Source: Blepharisma stoltei ATCC 30299 (lineage: Eukaryota > Protista > Ciliophora). From it: a stretch of DNA of 64,000 nucleotides. Positions 20,589-32,210 of the stretch are shown here, one piece after another. The stretch's first letter is position 1, and each line of letters begins with the position of its first letter. The translations under genes were made by a program, and so were the position numbers. Location of the stretch: NCBI GenBank assembly GCA_965603825.1, contig CBFDEM010000011.1:124001-188000 (forward strand), in the 5' to 3' direction. The notes beneath the pieces are model-generated. The model was not told the DNA's origin, ran no database searches, and worked only from the letters and a program-made list of their open reading frames with translations.

Positions 20589-23500
20589 TTAAGCCTTTAA
20601 GACTCTGCTTTCCAATGCATTTTTGCTTCTTTTATTTCTCTTCCACTTCTCATGCCTCTGATATATCCAAACTATTACAAATCTTTCATATACAAACGCT
20701 ACAACGCTATAGGCAAGCCAGATCCCAAGCAAAGCAAGTCTCATATACATTGGAAACCAATCAATCTAAATATTTCTTACATTATAAAGATCCATCAGCC
20801 ACTGTGGCGGCCACAACACCAAATACACATGCAGCATTCCAATTAAAGAAATATAAACCATAAACCATACATTTTTATAAGCTGGCTTTTTCCATGGTCT
20901 TCCTTCATTAAACGCAATACATACTGAAATAAGCTCAAGCAGCGCCATCAAATAAACAATAGTATTTGCATCATTCAGGTAATCATCACTAGCATCATCC
21001 ACAGGTGTAAAATAAGGCATGCTCAAAGCCACTTCATATACAACGACCATTCCTATAGTTTGCAATATTGAGTGTCCTATAACAGATCCTATTACAGCTA
21101 CTGACATCAATGACGAAATTGGCTGTTTTTTGCTTAATTTGTGATAAGGCCCTGCACTACCCATAGCCATAGCTAATGGTAGCACAGTTATCAAGTCTTG
21201 GGATAAAAATTCGTTATTGGTAAGTCCACTTCCAAGAACATAGAGGATCTGGACATTGGTAAACTGAATCATGGAGTAAACGGCCATGTATTTAAAACAT
21301 TGAACTGAGGTCGTTAAAGCACATCTGCCGTTCTGTAAAACGATTGGAACGCAGGAGATGTCAGGGATACTTGAAGTAAAAGGAGCCGCTATTGATGTTT
21401 CAGCTTCTGTGAGGGAAATACCGATATCGGCAGTTTTTAAGGCTCCACAGTCATTGGCGCCATCTCCGCACATGCCGACCATGATTCCAATTTCTTGGAA
21501 TCGGCTGATTAGAAGGGTTTTGTGCTCTGGGGACATTCTGGCGAAAATTCTGCATTTTTTTAGTAAAATGTTTATGGATTGTGCTGCAGTAGTGTCGTTT
21601 AATTTTGCGAGGGCGTCATATGCATTGAGGACTGCACCAGTTACTGCAAGAGTGTAGTCTCCATTATTATCAGCATTTAGCCAAGGTGGTTCATTAAGAA
21701 TATTTTCCTTTGGCACATCATCTGCTTCATTAGTAAACTTTTCCCACACAATTTCATTATCCACCATTTCTGCCAAAAACACTGTAGCATCTTTCTTTAT
21801 TATATGGCACTCCTTCGCCACAGAAATCGCCGTCAAAACAGCATCCCCAGTCGACATAACAGTCTCAATCTCCGCTTTCTGTAGAATTTTAATAGTAGGA
21901 ATTGTTTGTGCCTTAAGCTTGTTTTGCAGCACAAGCAATCCTAAAAAGCTCATTTCTTGTTCTAAGTTTTCCAGTTTCTGTGCCTTCATTTCTTCAGCAG
22001 GAATTGTATTGAGTGAATTCATAGCACAAGCCAAAACTCTATACCCAGACCTTGTATAATTATCTAAAACATGCTCAATATCATCAGGAATCGACGATTT
22101 TCTGCATCTTTCCAGCACAATTTCTGGGGCGCCTTTCATATAAAACTCAAAATTGTCATTTTGTAAGTTTTTTACAATGACTCCCATTCGTTTCCTTTTA
22201 GAAGTGAAGTAAAAAATGTGCAATATAGCTGTATCATAATTTTCTTCATTTTTATTGTCACTATCAGAATTTAAAGATGCGTAAGCTTTTACTTCAGACC
22301 CTTCATCTTTTGGCAAGCTATATTTAAATCCTGAAAATTTAAAAATTTCTAAGTCTTGAGGATCCCCTACAAGCTTGTCATTTACATAGGTTAGTGAATG
22401 GCAGGTCGCCAAACAGGTCAAAAATCTTCTTTTATTTTTCTCAATTTGTTCAGCTGACTTATGAAGCTCACTCATTTTTCCTTTTCTTGACACGTTGACA
22501 CCTAACAGATTCATCCCATCTTCTGTCAAAGTCCCTGTTTTATCAAAACAAAAAACATCAATTCTTCCTGCTGCATTTATCCTAGGATACGAAATACAAA
22601 AAATCCCTTGCTTTTTGAGCCTATGCAAAGCAAAGCCAGTTCCTATATTCATACATGCAGGAAGTGCTGGAGGGATCGCAATTGTAATTAAATCGAGAGC
22701 TCCAATGACAGCTTCGTCAGTTGCTACGTCTGTAGAAATAAATAAATAAATGCTTACTGCAAACCCAGATAGCGCTACAAGGGCTAGACAGCCTATAAAT
22801 CGTAGCGAGTCTCTGGTGAATTTAAACTTGTTTGGCTTTGGGAATAAAATTGACCTGACCATTTTGCCTTTCATTGTAGAAAACCCAGTCCTTACTACAA
22901 GTCCTATGACCTGCTTTTCACCATGGTTTCTAGTTTGGAGAACTTTGGTGCCTTCGTATAAGCTGAAATGTCTGTCTATTTCTACGCTGTAAACTTTGTC
23001 ATTAAGATAAGGCAAAGCGTCCTTTATGACTGGGACTGATTCTCCAGTCAGTGATGATTCTTCAACTACAGCTCCTCCTGATATTAAAATTGCGTCACAA
23101 GGCATTTCTGTGCCCCTTGGAATTTCTATTAAATCACCAGGTACAAGTTCTTCACTATTTATGGTCGTCCATTCTCCACCTCTTTTTACCTTAATGGTGA
23201 CGTATCTCAAAGCTAAATCGTGGAGATCATGCATGCTTTTTCAGGACTGATAAGTTGAAGAAAGCAATGAGATAAGCGTTATAACGAATACACAGACTGC
23301 GTAGACGTAGTACAGTTCTAAGAACCATAATATAACACTGAAAAGCTGGAAAAGGTAGAATGGGTGCTTTATTTCTTCAAAAGTAAGAGACAAAAATGAT
23401 TGCAATTGGATTAAAATTTCGCATTTACCAAACAAGTTCCGCTTTTCTGTAACCTCTTCATCATAATTGTAACCGCCGATTAAATTGTCAATAATTTCGC

Positions 23501-23930
23501 TATAAGTGATAGTGGAGTTGAAATAAAGAGGCTGGACACATTTTCCATCATAATAATAACGTAAATTGTGATGGGTAAATGATAAAACGGTTCCGAGTCC
23601 TTTTGAGGAGATTTGTCTTGTCGGGATCAAGTCAACAAAATACATAGTTTTGATTACGAGCATTGTGGCTTCTGATGTAGGGACTCTTTTGTAGCGCAGG
23701 AATAAATGAAGGCAGAGGAATCAGTAGTCTATCAAATAGTAAAGTCCTCCCGACAGAATTACAAAAATTCAAAATAAAATTTCCCCAGCCAAAAAGGTTT
23801 TATAAGGCTCGACTGATTTTATCGATGATTCTTCAGTAGCATCCATGTGGGGCATACACGGGACATTGTATTGAGATGACGCATTTGTTTCAGGGCTTGA
23901 ATCTGAATTATCAAATGAAACTTTATTCAT
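20589..23930 (-). CDS. P5B-type ATPase (ATP13A-like, putative polyamine transporter), about 1108 aa, one intron
   Basis: PFYLFQ, LTGES, PPALP (P5B signature), DKTGT, KGAPE, TGD and GDGANDCGAL motifs. TGA read-through joins ORFs 23769.., 23241.. and 20766... Intron 20766-20780 adds the last TM exon. Confidence 0.95.
20766..20780 (-). other. 15-nt intron GTAAGAAATATTTAG
   Basis: Removes an in-frame TAG. The downstream exon encodes the expected final TM helix (..AFVYERFVI..). Confidence 0.87.
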
Positions 23931-25255
23931 TATTAGAAACCAAAATGGTTCAAATGAAATCAACACAAATAACTGCAAAATTAATCAGAATTGATCATCC
24001 TTTATTTTTGTATATAAACGATCACTATGACGTAATTAGATAATTAATGCAATTAAAGCTATTTATAATTGAAAAGAAGAAAGGAAACTATTCAAAATTT
24101 TGCTTGAGATTTTAAATATGACCAATAAAAATGAAACGGATTTAAATATGTAAAAATAGAAGCAGTTTAGTTGGAGTTTTTAGAGCGAGAAGGTGTGAGG
24201 AATGGATTGGAAATTTTTTCTTAGAAAAATAATTAGCGGCTAAAAGCAAGAAAATTAATATTTTGAATTTTCTTTGGGATAGCAGAAATCGATCAGTGAA
24301 AATTTAAATGGAGGAGTTAGGAAATTCCTTAGAACTATAATTCAAATTTTATGTAAAAATTTTGCAGGCAAGTAGTCTATATCTAATAATAAGCTTATTT
24401 TTCAAGTTTCTTAAATATTTTTGGATTTCTAAAATATTTTACCATAATATCTTGTTTTAGAATATTACTATATTCTGCTTAGGGCATGAGAAAAATATTT
24501 TAATAATTTCATAGAAGGAGTTTTTAATTCAAATCTTGCTAAGCATTTGGCAATTTAATGTTTTTGGTGAAAATTTCTATTGTCTATTTATAATTTTCCG
24601 AAATATTGTAATCTTACAACAAAAATTTTCTAAATAAAGCTTTTCTTAAGGCAAATCATTACACTTTTAAGTTTTGTTGCGATAAATGAGCTTTAATTTC
24701 TTGATAAATCCTTTTGCACAGATTTATTAATTACTCTCCAAAAAAATGTCATATAAAATATCGATTTTATTGCCTAAATAATTAACTGCCATAGCATTAG
24801 ATTAATAGTATTTCTATTTTAATTTTAATGCAAAAAGTATAGTTTTAATTTATAACTATAAGAGTATTTCTTTCTAGTACTTTAAAAAGTTCTTCTGATA
24901 TCGCTTAGATATTTATATTAAAATACACTAATTTTTATTTAAAATCTTAAATAAAACTAATATTCTGGTTTAATGGGACGCATATAATCTAAATAATAAA
25001 ATGCATTTAATTCCTAAAAATAAAGTCCCCAAAATAACCCTTAATAACTAAACATTTCACTTTTCATCTTCAAATTAATTAGTTAAATCGTTTAAATTTT
25101 TACTTATTTCGTTAATTTTCCTTTTCCCAACTTATATTTATATTTCATTATCTCTCCACTTTACCTCCACTAATCCCTTATCAGATCTGACCAGGAAATT
25201 CCCTTATAATCCCTTCATATTTCCGACAATAATAAATATTTCTGTTCAACGACTA

Positions 25256-26644
25256 ATGAGTCTGAACAACACTTTGAGTTTGAAAATAGTGCGTGGAGAG
25301 GAGATCCGAAAGTTACATCGTCTCCCTCAATCATGGTCTGACATGCAGGAAGTCCTGCGGGCCCTTTATGGTAACACTCAGTTCCAAGTCACCTATCAAG
25401 ACGAAGAAGGCGACTTAATTACAATTTCCAATGATGAAGAACTCCATGAAGCTTATGAAAGGTCAGCTGGCAAGCCAAGTCTCAAGCTTGTACTAAGAGG
25501 CTTTGAGCTTAGCGAAAGCAAGAACATTCAGATGATAGAAAAGCTGGACTCTTTGAGAGAAAGTCTTAGATCAGATACTTCATCAGTAAAATTGCCAGAA
25601 ACCTCTCAAAGCCCAATGGATTTAGAAATCTCAAATGAAAACAAGCCGGAAGAGCCAGTCAAAGTGGAGGAAAAGCCTGAGGAAACTAAAAGAGAAGTAA
25701 GATTTGATATCCCGAATGAGCCGAAAAAGAGACCTAGAGAGAAAAAGGAAAGAAAGGAAAAGAAAGAAAAGAGAGAAAAAAAAGAAAAGAAAGAAAAGAG
25801 AAAGAAATTCGGCCTCAATGACTTGATTAAGTTCTTATCAGGACAAGCTCCTCAACAAGCAGAAGAACCTCAAAATGAAGGCCCAGCAATTCACAACAGA
25901 ATCACCTGTGACGGCTGCCAAACTACTCCAATTCAAGGAATCAGATACAAATGTTCAGTCTGCCCTGACTTCGACTTCTGTGAAAAATGTGAAGCCACTG
26001 CTGCTCACCCCCATCCATTTTTGAAGCTCAAAACCCCTCAAGGCTGCCCATGGAGAAGATTTGGCTGTGGCAGATTTGGCCGCTGGGGTGGCTTCAATGG
26101 CCAAGATGCCCCACAAATTCCTCCTCCAATTGCCAACATTTTGACCTTAGTCCTCAAAGAAATCCGCAGAGGTCTAAAGCAGAAGCCTAAGAAGTACAAG
26201 CTTAAGGTCATTGACCACTTATACACTAAAAACCAAGAAGTCCCTGCTGGAGGCCTTGTCAAAGTTGGCTGGAGAATTAAGAATATCGGTAAAAAAGATT
26301 GGCCAGAAGGAACCAAGCTCGTCTATACTAAAGGCAGCTTAGAAGGGATCCAAGAAATTGATATCCCTGCACTTCCAGCTGGAAAAAAGGCAAATATTGA
26401 GGTGGAATTCAAAGCTCCATTGACAGAAGGCAAGCATAAAGGAATCTGGAAAGTCCAAATCAAGAACAAGAAGCTAGGCAAGCTGGCCAGCAAAATCAAT
26501 GTGGTCAAGGTCCAACCTGACGACTTAGAAGGCTTAACCACTCTTATGAAGATGGGCTTTACCCTTGATCAAGCCAAGATCGGGTTAGAAGCTTCTAGAG
26601 GAGACGTCAACATGGCTGTTTCCCAGATCTTCAAGAGAGCTTAA
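25256..26644 (+). CDS. p62/NBR1-like selective autophagy receptor (PB1-ZZ-FW-UBA)
   Basis: PB1 OPCA motif [13 protein letters not shown] finger [24 protein letters not shown] domain [16 protein letters not shown], and UBA MGF...[10 protein letters not shown]. Confidence 0.93.
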   Translation: MSLNNTLSLKIVRGEEIRKLHRLPQSWSDMQEVLRALYGNTQFQVTYQDEEGDLITISNDEELHEAYERSAGKPSLKLVLRGFELSESKNIQMIEKLDSLRESLRSDTSSVKLPETSQSPMDLEISNENKPEEPVKVEEKPEETKREVRFDIPNEPKKRPREKKERKEKKEKREKKEKKEKRKKFGLNDLIKFLSGQAPQQAEEPQNEGPAIHNRITCDGCQTTPIQGIRYKCSVCPDFDFCEKCEATAAHPHPFLKLKTPQGCPWRRFGCGRFGRWGGFNGQDAPQIPPPIANILTLVLKEIRRGLKQKPKKYKLKVIDHLYTKNQEVPAGGLVKVGWRIKNIGKKDWPEGTKLVYTKGSLEGIQEIDIPALPAGKKANIEVEFKAPLTEGKHKGIWKVQIKNKKLGKLASKINVVKVQPDDLEGLTTLMKMGFTLDQAKIGLEASRGDVNMAVSQIFKRA

Positions 26645-26710
26645 ATAAGCATTTCTTTCTAATTTTGTGTAAATTTAAATGGGAAAATAATTATTCTGAA
26701 TTGGTTAGAG

Positions 26711-27271
26711 TTATCTTCTACCTCTGGCTCTTTCGAATTTTCTACCCTCACTGCGGACGTAAGGGCGTGCTTTAGAGCCTTTGCAGCCAGGAGCAGGGCC
26801 GAAATGTTTGTAGGATTCTCTTGCTGTTTTCTTTCCTCTTAAAAGCACAGTGCTAGTGCCAGTTGGGTTTTGGGACGCAAATTGGTCGAAAGTGAGCACT
26901 TTTCCGCCTGCAGCTTCAACTCTAGCTCTTGCAGTCTCGCTGATTCTTAAAGTCACGATTTGAAGACCTTGTGGGATCTCAAGGAATCTTGGGTCATCAA
27001 GAACTGAGCCTACAATCACACAAGTTTTGCTTGTCTTATCTTTCATGTATTTTGCAATGTGCTTAAGGGAAAGAGGTGGTCTATTATGTCTAGACATGGC
27101 CAATCTTTTTGCAATTACTTTATTGAAGCCGGACTCTGTTCTGCGAGCTAGGAACTTATAAAGCTTGAGAAGAAGGCGAAGATAAAGATTTGTAGTTGTA
27201 ACCTTTCTTCTGTTGAGATTTGGCTTCTTACCACCTGCTACTAAATCAACGCCCTATATAAACCATACCAT
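26711..27271 (-). CDS. RPL18: 60S ribosomal protein L18 (eL18), 181 aa
   Basis: M|GVDLVAGG...NLYLRLLLKLYKFLARRT...NRPPLSL...HFGPAPG...PYVRSEGRKFERARGRR. An intron directly follows the ATG. Confidence 0.97.
27254..27268 (-). other. 15-nt intron GTATGGTTTATATAG immediately after the start codon
   Basis: Removal gives MGVD, the conserved eL18 N-terminus. Confidence 0.92.
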
Positions 27272-27540
27272 TTCTTTAAGATTGCAAATGAAAATTGATG
27301 AGTATCCATGAAAAAGCCAAAATACATAAACAAAATCATATAAAATTGGGATTTAAAAAAATTCTGTAATTATATGACAGTTATTTTATAATATAGGCTA
27401 AGGCTGATAATCAAATTGTTTATTCCTGCAATTTATAGAACTGGAAATCGTTATTAAAATATATGTTTAATATTTCAAAAAATAAAATAATAGATAGAAA
27501 AAATTATTGAGAACTAATTGATTGACATTAATTGAAATAA

Positions 27541-28845
27541 ATGGGAAATTATAATTGTGCAAAGTGTTGTGAAGGAGGCGAAAACAGGCATGAAATAGAT
27601 TTAAAAAAATCCGTAAAGGTTATATAGACTATAATTCAAGCTTACCAAAGCCTAAGAGATAGTTTCAGTCAAGAGTTTCTGAGCTTTAACAAAGAAAGTT
27701 TGACTTCATCTGCAAAAGAAATAAAGGCAGCAATCAAAATCCAAAAAGCTTGATTTATTTATCAGATCAGAAAGCAATATATTGCTCTCAAAAAAAGATT
27801 CAAGCCGAATGATACTTATTTTCCATCCAAGGATATTAAAGAAGCATTGTCTCCTGTCTATCATTCAAAAGTCAGAAAAGAAAAGCCCTTATATACATAT
27901 AAATCAGGCGCCACTTACAAAGGAAGCTGGCTTGGAGGGTTTAGAGACGGCCCTGGTGTAATGATATGGCCTGATGGGTGCTCATATGAAGGAGAATGAA
28001 GCTATGGCTACCCATTTGGTAGAGGAAAATTCATACATATTGATAAAGAAGCTTATGACGGAGATTGGAAAAATCCTTATAACTCAGGAAAAAATACTCT
28101 TTCTAATGAAAGTAGGTCAGTTCTCAGAGATATTATTGAAGGAAAAAGAGATGGGTATAGTAATTAATAACTAGTGTGGCTTCACTACAAAGATGAAAGG
28201 CTTCATGGAAATAAAGGAAATCCCAATAAAGCCAGATTTTCTATTGATCATTGTCACCAAGTCGGAGAACTGAAGGAAAAATTTGATGAAATTGTTAGAG
28301 AAATTAAGGTTCCAAAAAGAGAGCTGAATCAAGAATTTAATTCAGAATTCAGTAATAATTGGCAAGAAATTTCTTATGAAAATCAAATAAGATATCTCGG
28401 AGAAATCAAACATGGAAAGCGAGTAGGAAAAGGCAGAAATATTTGGCCTAATGGAGACATATATGAAGGGTATTGAGCAAATGATATGCAAAACGGATGG
28501 GGCAGAAATATATGGTCTGATGGGTCTTCTTATATAGGAACTTATAAAGATAACGAAAAAGAAGGTATTGGGGAATACATTTGGGAAGACGGGACAACTT
28601 ATATAGGGCAATGGAAAGACAATTTGATTAATGGTGTTGGAAAATATAACTGGCCGGACGGGAGAGAATATTTAGGGGAATGAATTAATGGAATTATGCA
28701 TGGATTTGGAATTTTTTCATGGAAAGGAGGGAAAAGATATGAAGGATCTTGGCATCAAGGCAAAAAGCATGGCTGCGGGTACTCTATTACCGCCAACAAC
28801 AAAATCACAAAAGGATTTTGGTCGAATGGTAAAACTGTAAGTTAA
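27541..28845 (+). CDS. MORN-repeat protein with IQ motif and MGN..CC acylation-like N-terminus, 424 aa, two introns
   Basis: AAIKIQKAW(TGA) IQ motif and repeated YxGxWxxxxxxGxG units, several with TGA at the conserved Trp. Introns at 27613-27627 and 28160-28174. Confidence 0.9.
27613..27627 (+). other. 15-nt intron GTAAAGGTTATATAG
   Basis: Removes an in-frame TAG. Confidence 0.85.
28160..28174 (+). other. 15-nt intron GTAATTAATAACTAG
   Basis: Removes in-frame TAA codons and gives ...DGYMWLHYK. Confidence 0.85.
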
Positions 28846-28911
28846 ATTTTATAAAATACGAATTATAAATTATGCATAAAAAATAACTTAATTTTATATG
28901 TCTTCATAATA

Positions 28912-29811
28912 ATGGAAAGTGCTCGAAATCAAAAGTAATGATAAAACAGACTTGTTCGATTATTTACTTCACAAAATGAAAAATTAAGCGAAGAATATCG
29001 GCAGCTTAAACATAGATATGACGATATTATAAGAAGCAAAAGCACTGGGAGAAGTTCTGCCACCCCACAAATAAGTTTGAAAAGCCAAAGTGGAAGTAGA
29101 CTAAAGTGTGCAAAATCATTATTAAAAGTATTGAAAAATGACAAAGTTTATCTAGAGCACAGGAGATCTATATCTCCGCAGCAAGATGATTATGCGTATA
29201 ATCTTCAGCTACAAATACAAGATCAATTAAGAACTATACTTAAGCTTGAAAAAGAAAACAAAAAATTAAATAAAGAAAAATGTGTTTCAGCCAGCACTGA
29301 TACTATCTATTTAAACCCTGATGGAGGATTAATCAGAGAAATTGCAAGATACCGAAAAATGATTGAAAAAATAGAAGAGGAAGAAATTAATAACAAAAAT
29401 AAGTTAAAAGAATATCAAATAAGAAGCCATAGGCTTGAAGAAGAACTGAATGATTTGCATGAAAGTGGGTATAATATAACTGAAGAAACTGACAGGGGAG
29501 AAAATAATGAAGATACTTATCGAATACTAATGAAAAAATTGAAATTGATAGAGAAAATATGAAGATCTAATATGACAAAGTTCCAACAGAGGATAAAAGA
29601 TTTAGAAAAAGAGCAAAAAGAGCTTCAAGATGAAGCGATGGCTTTGCAAAGCAAAACTTTCAAAAAAATGTCACAGCAGCGGCTTCTTAAGGTGACGTTT
29701 GATGACTATAAAAATCTGAATAAAGAGCGGTATTTCAGCAAAGACAATGATTTTTACCACCCTGATATAAATTTTCTCTATAAGCCTTCTATTAATTCAC
29801 TGTACAGTTAA
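28912..29811 (+). CDS. Coiled-coil hypothetical protein, 294 aa, one intron
   Basis: ATG 28912, intron 28935-28949 and TGA 29560-29562 read-through join track ORFs 29077.. and 29572... Confidence 0.78.
28935..28949 (+). other. 15-nt intron GTAATGATAAAACAG
   Basis: Removes in-frame TAA codons and matches the intron consensus. Confidence 0.78.
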
Positions 29812-30107
29812 TTTTCCTAATGTTTTTTAAATAACAGAATTCAATTAGATTAGTGTTTGGGCTATTTATTTTTCCTAAATCCTAGTAGATTTTTATGCTG
29901 CCTTTCTGTTTGGGTTCTACAAGTGAAGAAATTGCTCCTTGTGCGGAACTATGAAAATTTCCAGTATGAATGTCTCCATATATGGTACCCAATCAGAAAT
30001 TAATGTAACGCGCTATATAATATTTCGATAACTGCCACTATATCATTTTATGAAATATTTCTTTTTATTACGAAAATGCTAATTTAATAACTTAAAATAT
30101 TTATAAT

Positions 30108-31445
30108 TTACTCAAGTTCATCAGCTATATACCTTACAGCTCCTTCCAAATTTATGATAATCCTCTTCTCATTTTCAAACTTTGTCGCTACATAATCGCT
30201 TATTAAAGCTAATTCAGCAGAAATAAACTGAGTTTGGCTTTTTATGACTATATACATCAAAACTGGCAGCTCGTCGTCCATTGAATTCAATTCATCTTTT
30301 CCTTTCGAATAATCCAGAACACACGTTTTCATCGCCCCCACCATGGTTAGTAGACAATTAAGCTTTTCAACCGGCACACAAGTTTGTTCTAGCTTTTTCA
30401 AAGCTTCAATAGCTTCAGCATAAGGCTGAGGAATCCCAATCAGCCTATATTTTTCATTAATTTGCAATTTTTCCAAAATTTCTTGATTGTCTAATTCTAA
30501 AATTTTTGTCCTTTTTTCCAAAAATTTATGTTCAAGTGCATTTGATTTTGCTTTGTAAATATCAAATAAATTATTAAACAGCTTCCCATACACATATTTC
30601 TCTACTGCAGGCCTACAAAAATGCATCATTGATTCAGTGTTTGACCTGCCAAAGTTATAATGACTAAATAATGCTTCAACTGAGTCTTCCACTATAACTT
30701 TAATTGATTCAATTGGCTGTGGTAGCAATAAAACTGATTCCTCAGGATTTCTATATTGGCTCGCAAATGAAGTTAAAAAATCAGCTATCGTTTTCCCTAA
30801 TGTATAAGATTCTGATGACAAAATCTTATGAAATTGGTAATAAGAGGAACTTTCGTGTTTACAAGTCATGATGGTTTCTTCGTCAACTTCTTTTGACACG
30901 TTCATGTATAATTCTCGGTCTTCGTGAGGCTGCTCTAAAGCTGTTCCGATTTTATTTTTGAAATCTTCGACTACTGGACAAATAGTGTGTGGGAGACCAT
31001 AAATCCCTTTAAGTATGATGGTTCTGGTGCAGTTTCGTTCATTTATAGAAATTGATAGTCTAACTGCAGACATAATCCCTTTTTGGCGTTCTTCGGCTGG
31101 AAGGCAGCAGAGTAAGATATCTTTTAAGCCATACCCTTCCTTATGAACTGCAGTTGCTATATTTGAGGTTTTTTCAATTACCTGGAAGCGCTTTCTTGAG
31201 GCAACTTTGGTAAAAACATCAAGAATTGTACTTGAACTCACTGAAAAAGGCATATCAATTTTGAATGAAGGCATATATGGATCTAAAGGATCTGAGCCTA
31301 ATTCAGTATTGAGGATAAAGGAGTTTCTATTTGTGTGTTCTTGAGAAATATCAACGGATTTTATTATTTTGGTTTCTTCTGACTGTAAGTTGAGATGAGA
31401 ATTTGGGATACTTTCAATTTCGTTGTTTAGCTGGTTAAATTTCAT
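30108..31445 (-). CDS. VPS9-domain protein (putative Rab5-family GEF)
   Basis: AVEKYVYGKLF, PVEKLNCL and SMDDELPVLMYIVIKS match the VPS9 ADDLLP region. Confidence 0.85.
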   Translation of the reverse strand: MKFNQLNNEIESIPNSHLNLQSEETKIIKSVDISQEHTNRNSFILNTELGSDPLDPYMPSFKIDMPFSVSSSTILDVFTKVASRKRFQVIEKTSNIATAVHKEGYGLKDILLCCLPAEERQKGIMSAVRLSISINERNCTRTIILKGIYGLPHTICPVVEDFKNKIGTALEQPHEDRELYMNVSKEVDEETIMTCKHESSSYYQFHKILSSESYTLGKTIADFLTSFASQYRNPEESVLLLPQPIESIKVIVEDSVEALFSHYNFGRSNTESMMHFCRPAVEKYVYGKLFNNLFDIYKAKSNALEHKFLEKRTKILELDNQEILEKLQINEKYRLIGIPQPYAEAIEALKKLEQTCVPVEKLNCLLTMVGAMKTCVLDYSKGKDELNSMDDELPVLMYIVIKSQTQFISAELALISDYVATKFENEKRIIINLEGAVRYIADELE

Positions 31446-32210
31446 TTTTATATATTAAAGTCCGATTTTTTTTAATAAGGAATAGCACACTTGACCAATT
31501 TAAAATAATCTCTAAAGTATAAAATCTTAAATTTTCCAAGGGTTCTATTGAATTAACAAATTTTTGGTAACTAATTTTCTTAAATTAAAATAACTATAAT
31601 TGGGCATTTTGACAATTTTAATCTGTATACTGTATTAATTAATCAATTAATTAAGATTTACCAAATAAGTTATATGAATAACTGAAACTTCCAGTTAATT
31701 TTTATAAGTTTCAGATAACCAAAAAGCCACCAATATAGCATTTAAGTAGTTATTTTTGTTTGCTTCTATAGAAATTGCTTTTATACACATTAACTTAAAC
31801 TTTATGAGTGCTTCATAAAAAATTATTATTATTTAATATTGGCTCGATATTTATTAAGTTAAAATCATTATGGCTTCTTAAAAAGGTCGATTACAGAATT
31901 CAATAATTTAACTAAAAAACGAATTCCCTAACACTTTATTTATAGCTTTTTAAAATGACAATAAATCAAAGCTATTATTTTTATATAATAAAATAATTGC
32001 ATTATTCTGCAAGCTCATAAACGTTTTTATTATCAACACTTTAGCGGTTTCACTCTACCTAAAAATCACAAAAATTAACAAAAATTTTGCACTCCTAAGT
32101 GGAAATTCTCCTATTTCTTTCCTTTTAAATGCAACTCTCAGCATTTTTAAGCTTTAATTGTCAATAACTTTGATCTAAAATCTCTAAACGTAGAACAGTT
32201 ATAAAAAATT

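Noticed and set aside
23931-25255. Long AT-rich spacers (also 7117-8040, 10285-11130, 11695-12637, 31446-32210) as IESs or ncRNA loci
   Set aside because: I saw no terminal repeats or tRNA/snRNA motifs. They are compatible with promoters and UTRs, and germline versus somatic reads would be needed.
12638-26644. PARP, 3CxxC proteins, Pirh2 and p62 as an innate-immunity gene cluster
   Set aside because: Interleaved with unrelated housekeeping genes, with no evidence of co-regulation from sequence alone.
31926-31933. Single CCCTAACA heterotrich telomere-like unit
   Set aside because: One copy only. About one chance occurrence is expected in 64 kb on both strands, and there is no tandem array.
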